From Vicinamibacteria bacterium (lineage in GTDB: Bacteria; Acidobacteriota; Vicinamibacteria; Marinacidobacterales; Marinacidobacteraceae), in the NCBI GenBank assembly GCA_963668695.2, contig CAXXLQ010000004.1, forward strand, positions 1,088,001 to 1,152,000: DNA of 64,000 nt, given 5' to 3'. Position 1 is the stretch's first letter, and each line of letters starts with the position of its first letter. Shown in pieces: positions 25,268-34,124 of this stretch. The notes under the pieces were generated by a model. It was not told the origin of the DNA. It was given only the letters and a program-made list of their open reading frames with translations, and ran no database searches. The position numbers and the translations under genes are program-made.

Positions 25268-26116
25268 ATGGTCTTCGGCGTGAAACGACAGGGCGCGGTG
25301 CTTTGCCCGGGGTGTGGACAGCTCGTCGGAGCGCAGGACAAGCAATGTCTCTTCTGCGGGCGCCGAAATCCCGCGCTCTTCGGGTTCGCCGGACTGCTTC
25401 GCTTCGATACCGCGGGGGTGTTGAAGATCCTGCTCGGCGCCAACATCGGGCTGTTCCTGCTCGCGCTGGTGCTGAGCGTCGGCGCCATCGAGATGCGGGG
25501 CCTGCTCGGTTTCCTGAGCCCCGACGGCCGCATCCTCTACCGGTTGGGGGCCGCGGGAGGGATCCCGGTCTTCGGAGTCGGAAAGTGGTACGCCGTCCTC
25601 AGCGCCGGCTGGCTGCACGGCGGTTTGCTCCACATCTTTTTCAACATGTACTGGCTCTGGAACCTGTTCCCGCTGGTGGGCGAGACCTTCGGAACCAGCC
25701 GGGCGCTCGTGATCTACCAGGTTTCGGCAGCTACCGGATTCCTGCTGTCTTCGTTCATGGGGGCGTCCGCCATTGCGATCCCGTTCCTGGGAGGGGCGCC
25801 GGGAATCACGGTGGGAGCTTCGGCGTCGCTGTGCGGCCTGCTGGGAGCGCTTTTGTATTTCGGAAGACGGACCAGTTCGGATTTCGCCCGGACGATCTGG
25901 CGGTACGTGATCTTCATTGCGATCTTCGGCGCCTTCGTGCCGGGCATCGACAATGCCGCCCACGTCGGCGGGTTTCTTGGTGGGTACTTCGTAGCGTCCC
26001 GCTTCGGGGCCTTCACGCCCGAACAGGGCAAACATGGCCTCTGGGCCCTCGGGTTGGTGGCAGCGAGCGCCGTCGCCATCCTGCTGTCGGTGGCGGGCGT
26101 CTCCCCTGTCGGCTGA
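25268..26116 (+). CDS. Rhomboid intramembrane serine protease with N-terminal zinc ribbon
   Basis: CPGC..CLFC, LHGGLLHIFFN, VGASA catalytic Ser, DNAAHVGG catalytic His. Confidence 0.9.
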   Translation: MVFGVKRQGAVLCPGCGQLVGAQDKQCLFCGRRNPALFGFAGLLRFDTAGVLKILLGANIGLFLLALVLSVGAIEMRGLLGFLSPDGRILYRLGAAGGIPVFGVGKWYAVLSAGWLHGGLLHIFFNMYWLWNLFPLVGETFGTSRALVIYQVSAATGFLLSSFMGASAIAIPFLGGAPGITVGASASLCGLLGALLYFGRRTSSDFARTIWRYVIFIAIFGAFVPGIDNAAHVGGFLGGYFVASRFGAFTPEQGKHGLWALGLVAASAVAILLSVAGVSPVG

Positions 26117-26149
26117 ACCATCGCGACAACAGGATCGTAAGGAAAGACA

Positions 26150-26338
26150 ATGGCCAAACTCGTTCGCCCATCCAAGGACCGGATGCTGCTCGGAGTCTGC
26201 GCCGGGCTCGCCGACTGGTGGAGCGTGGACCGGACGCTGCTCCGGGTTCTCTACGTGCTGGCGAGCGTCTGTTCGGCCGCGTTTCCCGGGATCCTGTGTT
26301 ACATCGTCCTCGGGATCCTGATGCCCCCCGAGGAGTGA
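26150..26338 (+). CDS. pspC: PspC domain protein
   Basis: LVRPSKDRMLLGVCAGLADWWSVDRTLLRV...YIVLGILMP. Confidence 0.9.
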   Translation: MAKLVRPSKDRMLLGVCAGLADWWSVDRTLLRVLYVLASVCSAAFPGILCYIVLGILMPPEE

Positions 26339-27207
26339 GTCGGGCGCACCGCGTTTCTCGCCCGCCCGGAAGTCCTCCTTCTGGTCAAGACCCTGGGGCG
26401 GCAGCGGTGGAAATCGTCGCTTCGCCGCTGTTGGGGCATCGGGTCGGGGGGCATCGGGTCGGGGGGCATCGGGTCGGGCGTCCGGCTGCGGGGAAGTTCC
26501 TCAGCCGGCTGCGGCTCCCCCCTACCGAGCGCCGGCGCGAAGGACTGGCCCGGCTCTCCGCCTGGTCGCGGAGCGCCGGGGTTTCCGCTTTGGTGCTTGA
26601 AGACAACGCCAGCGACCTGATACCTGACCTGCGCGCCCTGGGTTTTGATGACGCCGGACCACTGCCGCGCTACTCCGCGCCCGTCCGGCCCGGATGGCTG
26701 CGCCGGAACGCGACCGCACTTCTGCTGCCGCGGGCTCGCCCTCCCGGGGGCGTGACGGTGGTCCCCGAAGCGCTGCCAGACCCCGAAGAGGAGAAGCTCT
26801 GGGAGCGGCTGGCCCCGGGTTTCGGCGCGGTTGCCGGGCTCGCGAGCGAGGCGCCGCCCCCCGCCGCCGGCCTGCATCTGGTACGGGCGGGCCGGCCGGT
26901 TGCGAGTTGCCGCTTCGAGCGGGCGGCCGAAGGCGGGCTCAAGGTGTCCTACTGGATCGCGCCGCCCCAGGAACCGGACATGACCGCCCTGCTGGCCGTG
27001 AGCGTGCTTCGGGCCGCTGATCCCGCCCCTTCCGTGTTCTTCGAGACGCCGCACCGTCTTCTTGCCAAGGGGCTGTTCCTTGCCCGGTTCCTCCCGCGGC
27101 GTTCGCGGGCGCGGGTTATGGTGCGCCAGCACGGGGACCGGGATCTTCCGGCGCCCTCGATGTCCGACTGGCACCTCACCGCTCCCACGGTGCTCCGGGG
27201 TCCGTAG
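26335..27207 (+). CDS. Hypothetical protein (possibly degenerate GNAT-like)
   Basis: Open frame from a GTG overlapping the pspC stop, filling the gap to the tRNA. Contains a GHRVG x3 repeat. Confidence 0.5.
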   Translation: MSRAHRVSRPPGSPPSGQDPGAAAVEIVASPLLGHRVGGHRVGGHRVGRPAAGKFLSRLRLPPTERRREGLARLSAWSRSAGVSALVLEDNASDLIPDLRALGFDDAGPLPRYSAPVRPGWLRRNATALLLPRARPPGGVTVVPEALPDPEEEKLWERLAPGFGAVAGLASEAPPPAAGLHLVRAGRPVASCRFERAAEGGLKVSYWIAPPQEPDMTALLAVSVLRAADPAPSVFFETPHRLLAKGLFLARFLPRRSRARVMVRQHGDRDLPAPSMSDWHLTAPTVLRGP

Positions 27208-27248
27208 GCGGCTTCAGTGGTAGCATGCTCGGCCCCCCGCCTGCGGAT

Positions 27249-27323
27249 GCCGCTATCGTCTAGGGGTTAGGACGGATGGTTCTCAGCCATCAAACCGGGG
27301 TTCGATTCCCCGTAGCGGTACCA
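27249..27323 (+). tRNA. tRNA-Glu (CTC)
   Basis: Cloverleaf GCCGCTA...GATGG-TT-CTC-AG-CCATC...GGTTCGATTCC...TAGCGGT-ACCA. Confidence 0.95.
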
Positions 27324-27355
27324 GGCAGGGCCCGATTCCGACGGAGAATCCGGCG

Positions 27356-28294
27356 GTGAAGAGCGAAACACCCCGGATTCATTGCGAAATCCAGTGCGAA
27401 GTTGTTCGGGGAACCGGTCCGGCCATTTTTGTCCACGGCGGGGCCTGGGACATTCCCGCCGGGGAGCGGGACGCTCACCAGGCGGGCGCCCTGGCAGCGG
27501 TTCGTCTCGGCTTCGATTTGCTGCGGGACGGCGTTTCCGCACTGGACACCGTGGAGGCGGTCGTCACGCTTCTCGAGGACGATCCGGCGCTGAACGCGGG
27601 GACCGGATCCGTGCTGAACCGGCGCGGGGAGGTCGTCCTCGACGCCTCGATCATGGATGGCGAGGACCTCCGGGTCGGCGGGGTGGCGGCGGTGCGCACG
27701 ATCCTGAACCCGGTCCGGGTCGCGCGGCGGGTCATCGAAGCGACCCGGCAGGTGCTGCTGGTCGGGGTGGGCGCCGAAGAGTTCGCCCGGCAACAGGGAT
27801 TCGAGGCGATTCAGCCGGAAGAGCTCGTGGTGCCCCGCGAGGTGACCCGCCTTCGGGAGCACCAGGCCCGCCGCCGGGTTGCTGCGCCGGGGGACACGGT
27901 AGGCGCGGTGGCGCTCGACCGCGAGGGCCGGATCGCGGCCGCCGGATCGACGGGCGGCACCTTGGGCAAGCGACCCGGCCGGGTGGGAGACACCCCACTG
28001 CCGGGCGCGGGGCTCTACGCGGATTCCGAGACCGGCGGCGTGGCCTGCACCGGGTGGGGAGAGGGCATCGCGCGTTTGTCCATGGCCCGCGCGGCGCTGG
28101 CCCGGATGGAAGCCGGAGAAGATCCTCAACAAGCGGCTCGCGCGCTCCTCGGCGCCTGTTGGTCCCGCCTCGGTGGAACGGCGGGACTCCTGATCGTCAC
28201 TCCAGACGCACGCCTCGTCAGCGCCTGGAGCACGCCCCGGATGGCGCGCGGCTGGGCGCACCCCGGGATGGAGTCCCCTGCCGCCGTGGCCTGA
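27356..28294 (+). CDS. iaaA: Isoaspartyl peptidase / L-asparaginase (Ntn hydrolase)
   Basis: VHGGA, LEDDPALNAG, LDASIMDG, autoproteolytic D/TVGAVA, STGG, GRVGDTP. Confidence 0.92.
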   Translation: MKSETPRIHCEIQCEVVRGTGPAIFVHGGAWDIPAGERDAHQAGALAAVRLGFDLLRDGVSALDTVEAVVTLLEDDPALNAGTGSVLNRRGEVVLDASIMDGEDLRVGGVAAVRTILNPVRVARRVIEATRQVLLVGVGAEEFARQQGFEAIQPEELVVPREVTRLREHQARRRVAAPGDTVGAVALDREGRIAAAGSTGGTLGKRPGRVGDTPLPGAGLYADSETGGVACTGWGEGIARLSMARAALARMEAGEDPQQAARALLGACWSRLGGTAGLLIVTPDARLVSAWSTPRMARGWAHPGMESPAAVA

Positions 28295-28415
28295 CCGGGT
28301 GGACCGGGTGCCTGCCGTGATGGCCCGGGTGGCGTTCGCCCGGCCGACGCGGGCCACCTACCGTCGGATCGTCCATCTCCGAAACCTGCTAGATTGCCCG
28401 GTCCCCGGGTCGTGA

Positions 28416-28491
28416 GCGCCCTTAGCTCAGTGGATAGAGCAACAGGCTACGAACCTGTAGGTCGGGGGTTCGAATCCCTCAGGGCGTGCCA
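28416..28491 (+). tRNA. tRNA-Arg (ACG)
   Basis: GCGCCCT...TAGCTCAGTGGATAGAGC...ACAGG-CT-ACG-AA-CCTGT...GGTTCGAATCC...AGGGCGT-GCCA. Confidence 0.96.
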
Positions 28492-28596
28492 CCCAAGGAC
28501 GCTAGTCTTCGGGGCTCGTCGCCTTCAGCGCGGCGAAACAACACGGTGCGGCTCGTGGTTGCGGCCTTCCGCCGCCCAATGTTTGCGATGTTGAAG

Positions 28597-30648
28597 ATGA
28601 ATGCCTGGCGCCGGTTCGCGGTTCTCGGAACCGTGGCCCTGGGCCTCCTACTCCTCGCGCTCGCGCTGTCCGGGTGTGGAACGCCCGATTCGGAAGACGA
28701 GATCCCGTCCGTGATCCCGGCGGGGACCATTGACGACTGGCCGGCGATTCTGGAACGCGGAGTGATCCGCTTCGGGCGCCGTGGCTTCGACGTGTTCGAA
28801 ACGCTCCCTTCCCAGGGGTTGTCCACGGAGCGCTACCGGTTTCTCGCCCTCCAGTTCGCCGAACGCCACGGGCTGCGCGCCAAGTGGATCACCGAGCCCA
28901 GCCCCGAACGGTTGATAGCCGCGCTTGAAGAGGGCCGCGCCGACGTGGCCGTCGCCACGCTCACGGTGACCGAGTCCCGCCAGGAGCGGGTCGCGTTCAC
29001 CGTCCCGCTCACCATCTCCCGAGAGTGGGTGGTCGGCGGGTCCGAGGGCGTCTTCGGCATTGCCGCCGGAACCTCCTACGAGGAGAGCTTCGTGGCCCAC
29101 TACCCGAATGCGTCGCGGGCGCCGGTCCCGGAAGACGCGGATCCGCTCACCCTCCAGGCGCTCATCGAAGAGGGCGTGATCGACGCAACGATCCTGGACG
29201 AAGCCGCCGCCCGGCTGGTCGTGCGCACCAGCCCCGAGGTCAAAAAGCTCGCGGAGCTTCCGGAGGCGAGGCGTATCGCCTGGGCCGTGCGGCAGGGAAA
29301 CCCGGAACTCCGGACCGCTCTCGACGACTTTCTGACGGAGCACCACACGGTCGCTGACGAGCCTTCCGAAATCCGCGATTGGGCGGCAATCCGCGCTTCC
29401 GGCCAGCTCCGGCTACTCACCATCAGTTCCCCGGTGACCCACTATTTGTGGCGGGGCGAGCGGCTCGGTTTCGAGTACGAACTGGTGCGGCAGTTCGCGG
29501 AGACCCAGGGTCTGGACCTTGCGGTGATCGTGGCCCGCGATCACCCCGAACTCGTCGAAGGGCTCCTCACCGGGCGCGGGGACCTGGTGGCGGCCGGGTG
29601 GGTGGAGACGCCCGCGCGGGCGGAGGAGGGCCTGCTGTTCACCCGTCACTACCTCGACATCCAGGAAACCTTCGTCACTGCCGGCGAATCGGTCGCCCAA
29701 CTGACGGACCTCGTCGGGCGCACGGTGACCGTCCCGCAGGCGACGAGCTATCTGGCGACGCTCGGCGGTCTGGAGGGAGATTTCGAAGTCGAGGAATCGG
29801 AGCTTTCCAGCCACGCCATTCTGGAAGCGGTGGCGGAGGGCGAGGTGGACGTCACTCTGGTGGACAGCCACCGCGCCGAACTCGCGGCGACCTTCGAGCC
29901 GAGGTTGAACCTGGGGCTCGCCCTTGAGCCCACGATGCAGCTCGTCTGGGCGGTCGGCCCGGAACGCCACGATCTGAAGCGTGAACTGGACGCCTTCCTG
30001 AACGCCGGCTACCGCGGCCTCGACTTCAACGGCCTCTACAACAAGTACTTCGTGAACCGCCGCCGCCAGGAGCGCCAGCGGGAGCATCGGGTAACCGGGG
30101 ACGAGCTTTCGCAGTACGACGCGCTGGTGAAGCCGATGGCCGACGCCGAGGATTTCGACTGGCGGCTGATCATCGCCCAGATGTACCAGGAAAGCGGCTT
30201 CGACCCGCAGACGGTCAGCTTTGCCGGGGCCCGGGGCCTGCTCCAGATCATGCCCCGGACCGCCGAAGAACTGGGAGTGGACCCGGACCGGCTCGCCGAG
30301 CCCGAGGTGGGCATTGACACCGGCGTCCGCTATCTCGCCTGGACCCGGGACCGGTTCCCCGACCTGCCTCCCGGCGAACAGCTCTGGTTTGCGCTGGCCT
30401 CCTACAACGCCGGCTACGGTCACGTACGCGACGGCCGGCGCCTCGCGCGTCAGTTGGGGCTCGACGGATCCCTCTGGTTCGGCCATGTCGAGGAAGCGAT
30501 GCACAAGCTGAGCGAACCCGAGTACGCGAGTCGAGCCGCTCACGGATACGTCCGGGGTTCCGAAGTGACGAGATATGTAAGCGACATCCGGAATCGGTAC
30601 CGGGCGTACGTGGATCACTTCGTCCAACTGGAGGCGTCGGACCGCTGA
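28597..30648 (+). CDS. mltF: MltF-like lytic transglycosylase lipoprotein with two substrate-binding domains
   Basis: Lipobox LSGC, two PBP-type domains (GFEYEL), SLT motifs YQESGFDP, GARGLLQIMP, ASYNAGYGH. Start uncertain (28579-28597). Confidence 0.88.
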   Translation: MNAWRRFAVLGTVALGLLLLALALSGCGTPDSEDEIPSVIPAGTIDDWPAILERGVIRFGRRGFDVFETLPSQGLSTERYRFLALQFAERHGLRAKWITEPSPERLIAALEEGRADVAVATLTVTESRQERVAFTVPLTISREWVVGGSEGVFGIAAGTSYEESFVAHYPNASRAPVPEDADPLTLQALIEEGVIDATILDEAAARLVVRTSPEVKKLAELPEARRIAWAVRQGNPELRTALDDFLTEHHTVADEPSEIRDWAAIRASGQLRLLTISSPVTHYLWRGERLGFEYELVRQFAETQGLDLAVIVARDHPELVEGLLTGRGDLVAAGWVETPARAEEGLLFTRHYLDIQETFVTAGESVAQLTDLVGRTVTVPQATSYLATLGGLEGDFEVEESELSSHAILEAVAEGEVDVTLVDSHRAELAATFEPRLNLGLALEPTMQLVWAVGPERHDLKRELDAFLNAGYRGLDFNGLYNKYFVNRRRQERQREHRVTGDELSQYDALVKPMADAEDFDWRLIIAQMYQESGFDPQTVSFAGARGLLQIMPRTAEELGVDPDRLAEPEVGIDTGVRYLAWTRDRFPDLPPGEQLWFALASYNAGYGHVRDGRRLARQLGLDGSLWFGHVEEAMHKLSEPEYASRAAHGYVRGSEVTRYVSDIRNRYRAYVDHFVQLEASDR

Positions 30649-30780
30649 TCCGGCTGCGCGGTTTTCCGCTGACATGCGCCGGAACCGCTGGTCCCGGAGC
30701 GGCAGCGGCGCTGTGTTTCGCGCGGCGCAGAGAGCCGTGGGAAGATTGAAGGCCTTCCAGGACTTTCAAGGGAGGTCGCG

Positions 30781-32547
30781 ATGACCCGTCTTCCGTACCG
30801 GCTGGCAGCCGCCACTGCCGGTCTCTTGCTGTTCCCGGCGCTCGCCGCCGCCCAGAACTGGACCTGCGAGCAGGTGATGGTCCCGATGCGGGACGGCACC
30901 CGTCTCGCCACGGATGTCTACATCCCCCGCGGACAGGGTCCCGGGCCCTTTCCCGTGGTGCTCGAGCGCACCCCCTACAACAAGGGCTCCTGCGCCCGTC
31001 CGTCCGCCGAGTACTTCGCCGCCCGGGGCTACGTCGCCATGGCGCAGGACGAACGCGGCCGCTACGAGTCCGAGGGCGATTACTACTGGCTCCGGGACGA
31101 GGCCTGGGGGGAACGCCAGGACGGCTACGACACCATCGAGTGGGCGGCCACCCATCCCGCCTCCAACGGGAAGGTGGGAACGCACGGCCTGTCGTTCACC
31201 TGCGCGAACCAGCTCCTGACGGCTCCGACGCAGCCGCCCCACCTCGAGGCGATGTTCTGTTCCCAGTACGCGGCGAACAGCTACCGGGACATCTTCTGGC
31301 AGGGCGGGGCGCTCCACATGATCATGCCGACCTGGCTCCTCACCCAGCGGGAGATGGTGAGGCCGCTGCGAATGAACGTACCCGGCCACCGGGGCTACCT
31401 CGGGTCCGGGGATGCCTGGACCGATTGGTACGACGAACACCTCGAGGTCGGGGACGTGTTCACCGCGAGCATGTTCTCGGACATGTACAACGACCTTGTC
31501 GAAAACCCCTACTACAACGATCACTGGCGGCAGCTCGCGGTGGACGAGCAGTACGACAAGTTCGACGTGCCCGTCTATCACCTCGGCGGTTGGTACGACC
31601 GGCACATCCACGGCACGGTGCGGCACTTCAAGCAGGTGAACGAAATCGGCGGCCCGAAGGCCCGCGGGCAGCAAAAACTCATCGTGGGTCCCTGGATCCA
31701 CGGCTGGCCGCCGACCGACGACCGGGTCGGCGAGATGAACTTCCCCGGTTCCAGCATCGACCATCTGGCGCTGCGCCTGCGCTGGTTCGACCACCTCCTC
31801 AAGGGGCACGACAACGGGATCATGGACGAGCCCCCGGTCCTCATCTACGTGATGGGGGAGAACGTCTGGCGCGAGGAACACGAGTTCCCGCTCGCCCGCC
31901 AGCAGGAAGAGGAGTGGTTCCTCCGGGCCGGTCCCACGGGGACCGTCGAGTCGCTCAACGACGGAGCGCTCTCCCAGGAGGCGCCGCCTGGCGCCGAAAC
32001 GGCGGATTCTTTCGAATACGACCCTCGGAGTCCGGCGCCGAGCATCGGCGGGGACCTCTTCGTTGAGCCCCGCGGAGCCCAGGATCACCGGCCCGCCGAT
32101 CGGGTGAGCCTGACGTACACGTCGGAGCCGCTCGCGGAGCCCCTCGAGGTCACGGGTTTCGTGCGCGTGGAGTTCTTCGGCGCCTCCTCCGCGGTGGACA
32201 CCGACTGGGTGGTCACCGTGAGCGTGGTCCACGAATCGGGCTATTCGCAGACGCTGCGGCAGATGATCCAGCGCGCCCGTTACCGGGAGGGAGACGAGGC
32301 CCCGGTGCTGCTGGAGCCGGGCGCGATCGTCCCCTACACGATCGAGCTCTACCCGATGTCCAACGTCTTCCTCGCCGGCCAGCGGATTCGGCTGACGGTC
32401 ACCAGTTCGAGCTTCCCGAAGTGGTATCCGAACGGGAACACCGGCAAGGAGATGATGGAGGACCGCCCCGGGTTGGTGGCGACGAATACGATCTACCATG
32501 ATGCCGATCACCCGTCGAAGCTGATCCTTCCGGTGATCCCGCGCTGA
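30781..32547 (+). CDS. CocE/NonD family hydrolase (secreted)
   Basis: PMRDGTRLATDVY, RTPY, QDERGRYESEG, DGYDTIEW, GGWYD, VGPWIH. Confidence 0.93.
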   Translation: MTRLPYRLAAATAGLLLFPALAAAQNWTCEQVMVPMRDGTRLATDVYIPRGQGPGPFPVVLERTPYNKGSCARPSAEYFAARGYVAMAQDERGRYESEGDYYWLRDEAWGERQDGYDTIEWAATHPASNGKVGTHGLSFTCANQLLTAPTQPPHLEAMFCSQYAANSYRDIFWQGGALHMIMPTWLLTQREMVRPLRMNVPGHRGYLGSGDAWTDWYDEHLEVGDVFTASMFSDMYNDLVENPYYNDHWRQLAVDEQYDKFDVPVYHLGGWYDRHIHGTVRHFKQVNEIGGPKARGQQKLIVGPWIHGWPPTDDRVGEMNFPGSSIDHLALRLRWFDHLLKGHDNGIMDEPPVLIYVMGENVWREEHEFPLARQQEEEWFLRAGPTGTVESLNDGALSQEAPPGAETADSFEYDPRSPAPSIGGDLFVEPRGAQDHRPADRVSLTYTSEPLAEPLEVTGFVRVEFFGASSAVDTDWVVTVSVVHESGYSQTLRQMIQRARYREGDEAPVLLEPGAIVPYTIELYPMSNVFLAGQRIRLTVTSSSFPKWYPNGNTGKEMMEDRPGLVATNTIYHDADHPSKLILPVIPR

Positions 32548-32612
32548 ACGGAGCTGCCAGGCAGCGAATCCTTTCCGAATCAGCAGAACTCCCGACAAGG
32601 AGATCCCGACCT

Positions 32613-34118
32613 ATGTTCTCTCGCGTTTTCCGGCGCTCCGGCGCCCTCTTCCTCGCTCTCGTCCTTCCCGCGACGCTGCCAGCAGCGCAGGAGCGCGACC
32701 TGGATCTGGTCATCACCGGGGGCCGCGTCCTCGATCCCGAGACCGGGCTGGATGCGGTCCGCGACGTGGGGGTGGTGCGGAACGAGATCGTGGCCATCTC
32801 CCGCGAAGTGCTCCAGAACCGGCTGAAGCAGGGCGGGGTGCTGCTCGATGCCTCGGGGAAGGTGGTGAGCCCGGGGTTCATTGACCTCCACGCGCACGGG
32901 CAGTCGGGCGAAGCGAACAAGTACCAGGCGATGGACGGGGTGACCACCGCGCTGGAGCTGGAGGGCGGCGTCCCCCGTATTGCGCGCTTCCTCGAGAGCC
33001 GGGCGGGCGACGCGATCGTCCACTACGGCGCCTCGGTGTCCCACGGGGGCCTGCGCCTCCTCGGGATTCCCGGCGTCAGCGAGCAGGTAACCGGGATTCT
33101 GGACGCGGAAAGCACCGGGGCCGAGCTGGTGATTGAGCACGCCAACCTGCTTCGCGAGGCGAACTACACCGGCGTGGAGGACACCGAGGCGGTGCACGGT
33201 GCGATCACCGCCGAACTGCGGGCCGGCGGGCTCGGTATCGGACTGCCCCACCAGTACTACCCCGGCGCGGACCACACCGAGATCTATCGGATCTTCGAAC
33301 TTGCGGCCGAGCTGGACGTCCCCATCTACACCCACGTGCGCGACATGGTGATCTCGGCGGTCCAGGAGGTGCTCGCCAACGCGCTCGCCACCGGAGCCTC
33401 GCTCCACATTGTGCACCTCAACAGCTCGAGCATGCATCACCTCCCGATCAATCTCGCCCTGATCAAGGGCGCCCGGGACGCGGGGGTGGACGTGACCACC
33501 GAGGCCTACCCCTACACCGCCGCTTCCAGCGGGATCTCCTCGGCGATCTTCGACGAGGGCTGGCAGGAGAAGCTCGGGATGACCTACGAGGACATCCAGT
33601 GGCAGGACACCGGCGAGCGCCTCACCGAGGAGACCTTCAACTTCTTCCAGGAGGAGGGGGGCACGGTCATCATGCACATGATGGATCCGGAGATGATCGA
33701 GTTGGCTATGCGGACTCCCTTCGTGATGGTGGCGTCCGACGGGATGCCCTACGCCCCCGGCGCCCACCCGCGGTCGGCGGGCACCTTCTCCCGGGTCCTC
33801 GGGCGCTACGTCCGCGATCAGGGAGTGCTGTCGCTTCCCGACGCAATCAAGAAGATCACGCTCATGCCGGCCGAGCGGCTGCAAGAGGTCGCTCCGCTCA
33901 TGCGGCGGAAGGGCCGGATCCAGATCGGCGCCATCGCCGACATCACCGTGTTCGATCCGGCGACGATCATCGACACCGCGAACTTCGAGGACGACATGAG
34001 CTTTTCCGAGGGGGTCGCCCACGTGGTGGTGGACGGCGTCCCCGTAGTGCGCGACGGCGCGCTCGTCGAGGGGGTCTTCCCTGGCAAACCGCTGCTCGGG
34101 CGCTACACCTCCGAGTAG
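32613..34118 (+). CDS. Secreted amidohydrolase (D-aminoacylase-like), copy 1
   Basis: GGRVLDPE, PGFIDLHAH, ASDG, HPRSAGTFSRVLG, ADITVFDP. Confidence 0.9.
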   Translation: MFSRVFRRSGALFLALVLPATLPAAQERDLDLVITGGRVLDPETGLDAVRDVGVVRNEIVAISREVLQNRLKQGGVLLDASGKVVSPGFIDLHAHGQSGEANKYQAMDGVTTALELEGGVPRIARFLESRAGDAIVHYGASVSHGGLRLLGIPGVSEQVTGILDAESTGAELVIEHANLLREANYTGVEDTEAVHGAITAELRAGGLGIGLPHQYYPGADHTEIYRIFELAAELDVPIYTHVRDMVISAVQEVLANALATGASLHIVHLNSSSMHHLPINLALIKGARDAGVDVTTEAYPYTAASSGISSAIFDEGWQEKLGMTYEDIQWQDTGERLTEETFNFFQEEGGTVIMHMMDPEMIELAMRTPFVMVASDGMPYAPGAHPRSAGTFSRVLGRYVRDQGVLSLPDAIKKITLMPAERLQEVAPLMRRKGRIQIGAIADITVFDPATIIDTANFEDDMSFSEGVAHVVVDGVPVVRDGALVEGVFPGKPLLGRYTSE

Positions 34119-34124
34119 CTACCG

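Noticed and set aside
25303-27207. 634-aa ORF as listed in the track
   Set aside because: The 5' part overlaps the rhomboid and pspC genes out of frame; only the part from 26335 is plausible.
27249-28491. tRNA-anchored integrative element or prophage
   Set aside because: No integrase, phage genes or duplicated tRNA 3' end seen in the window.
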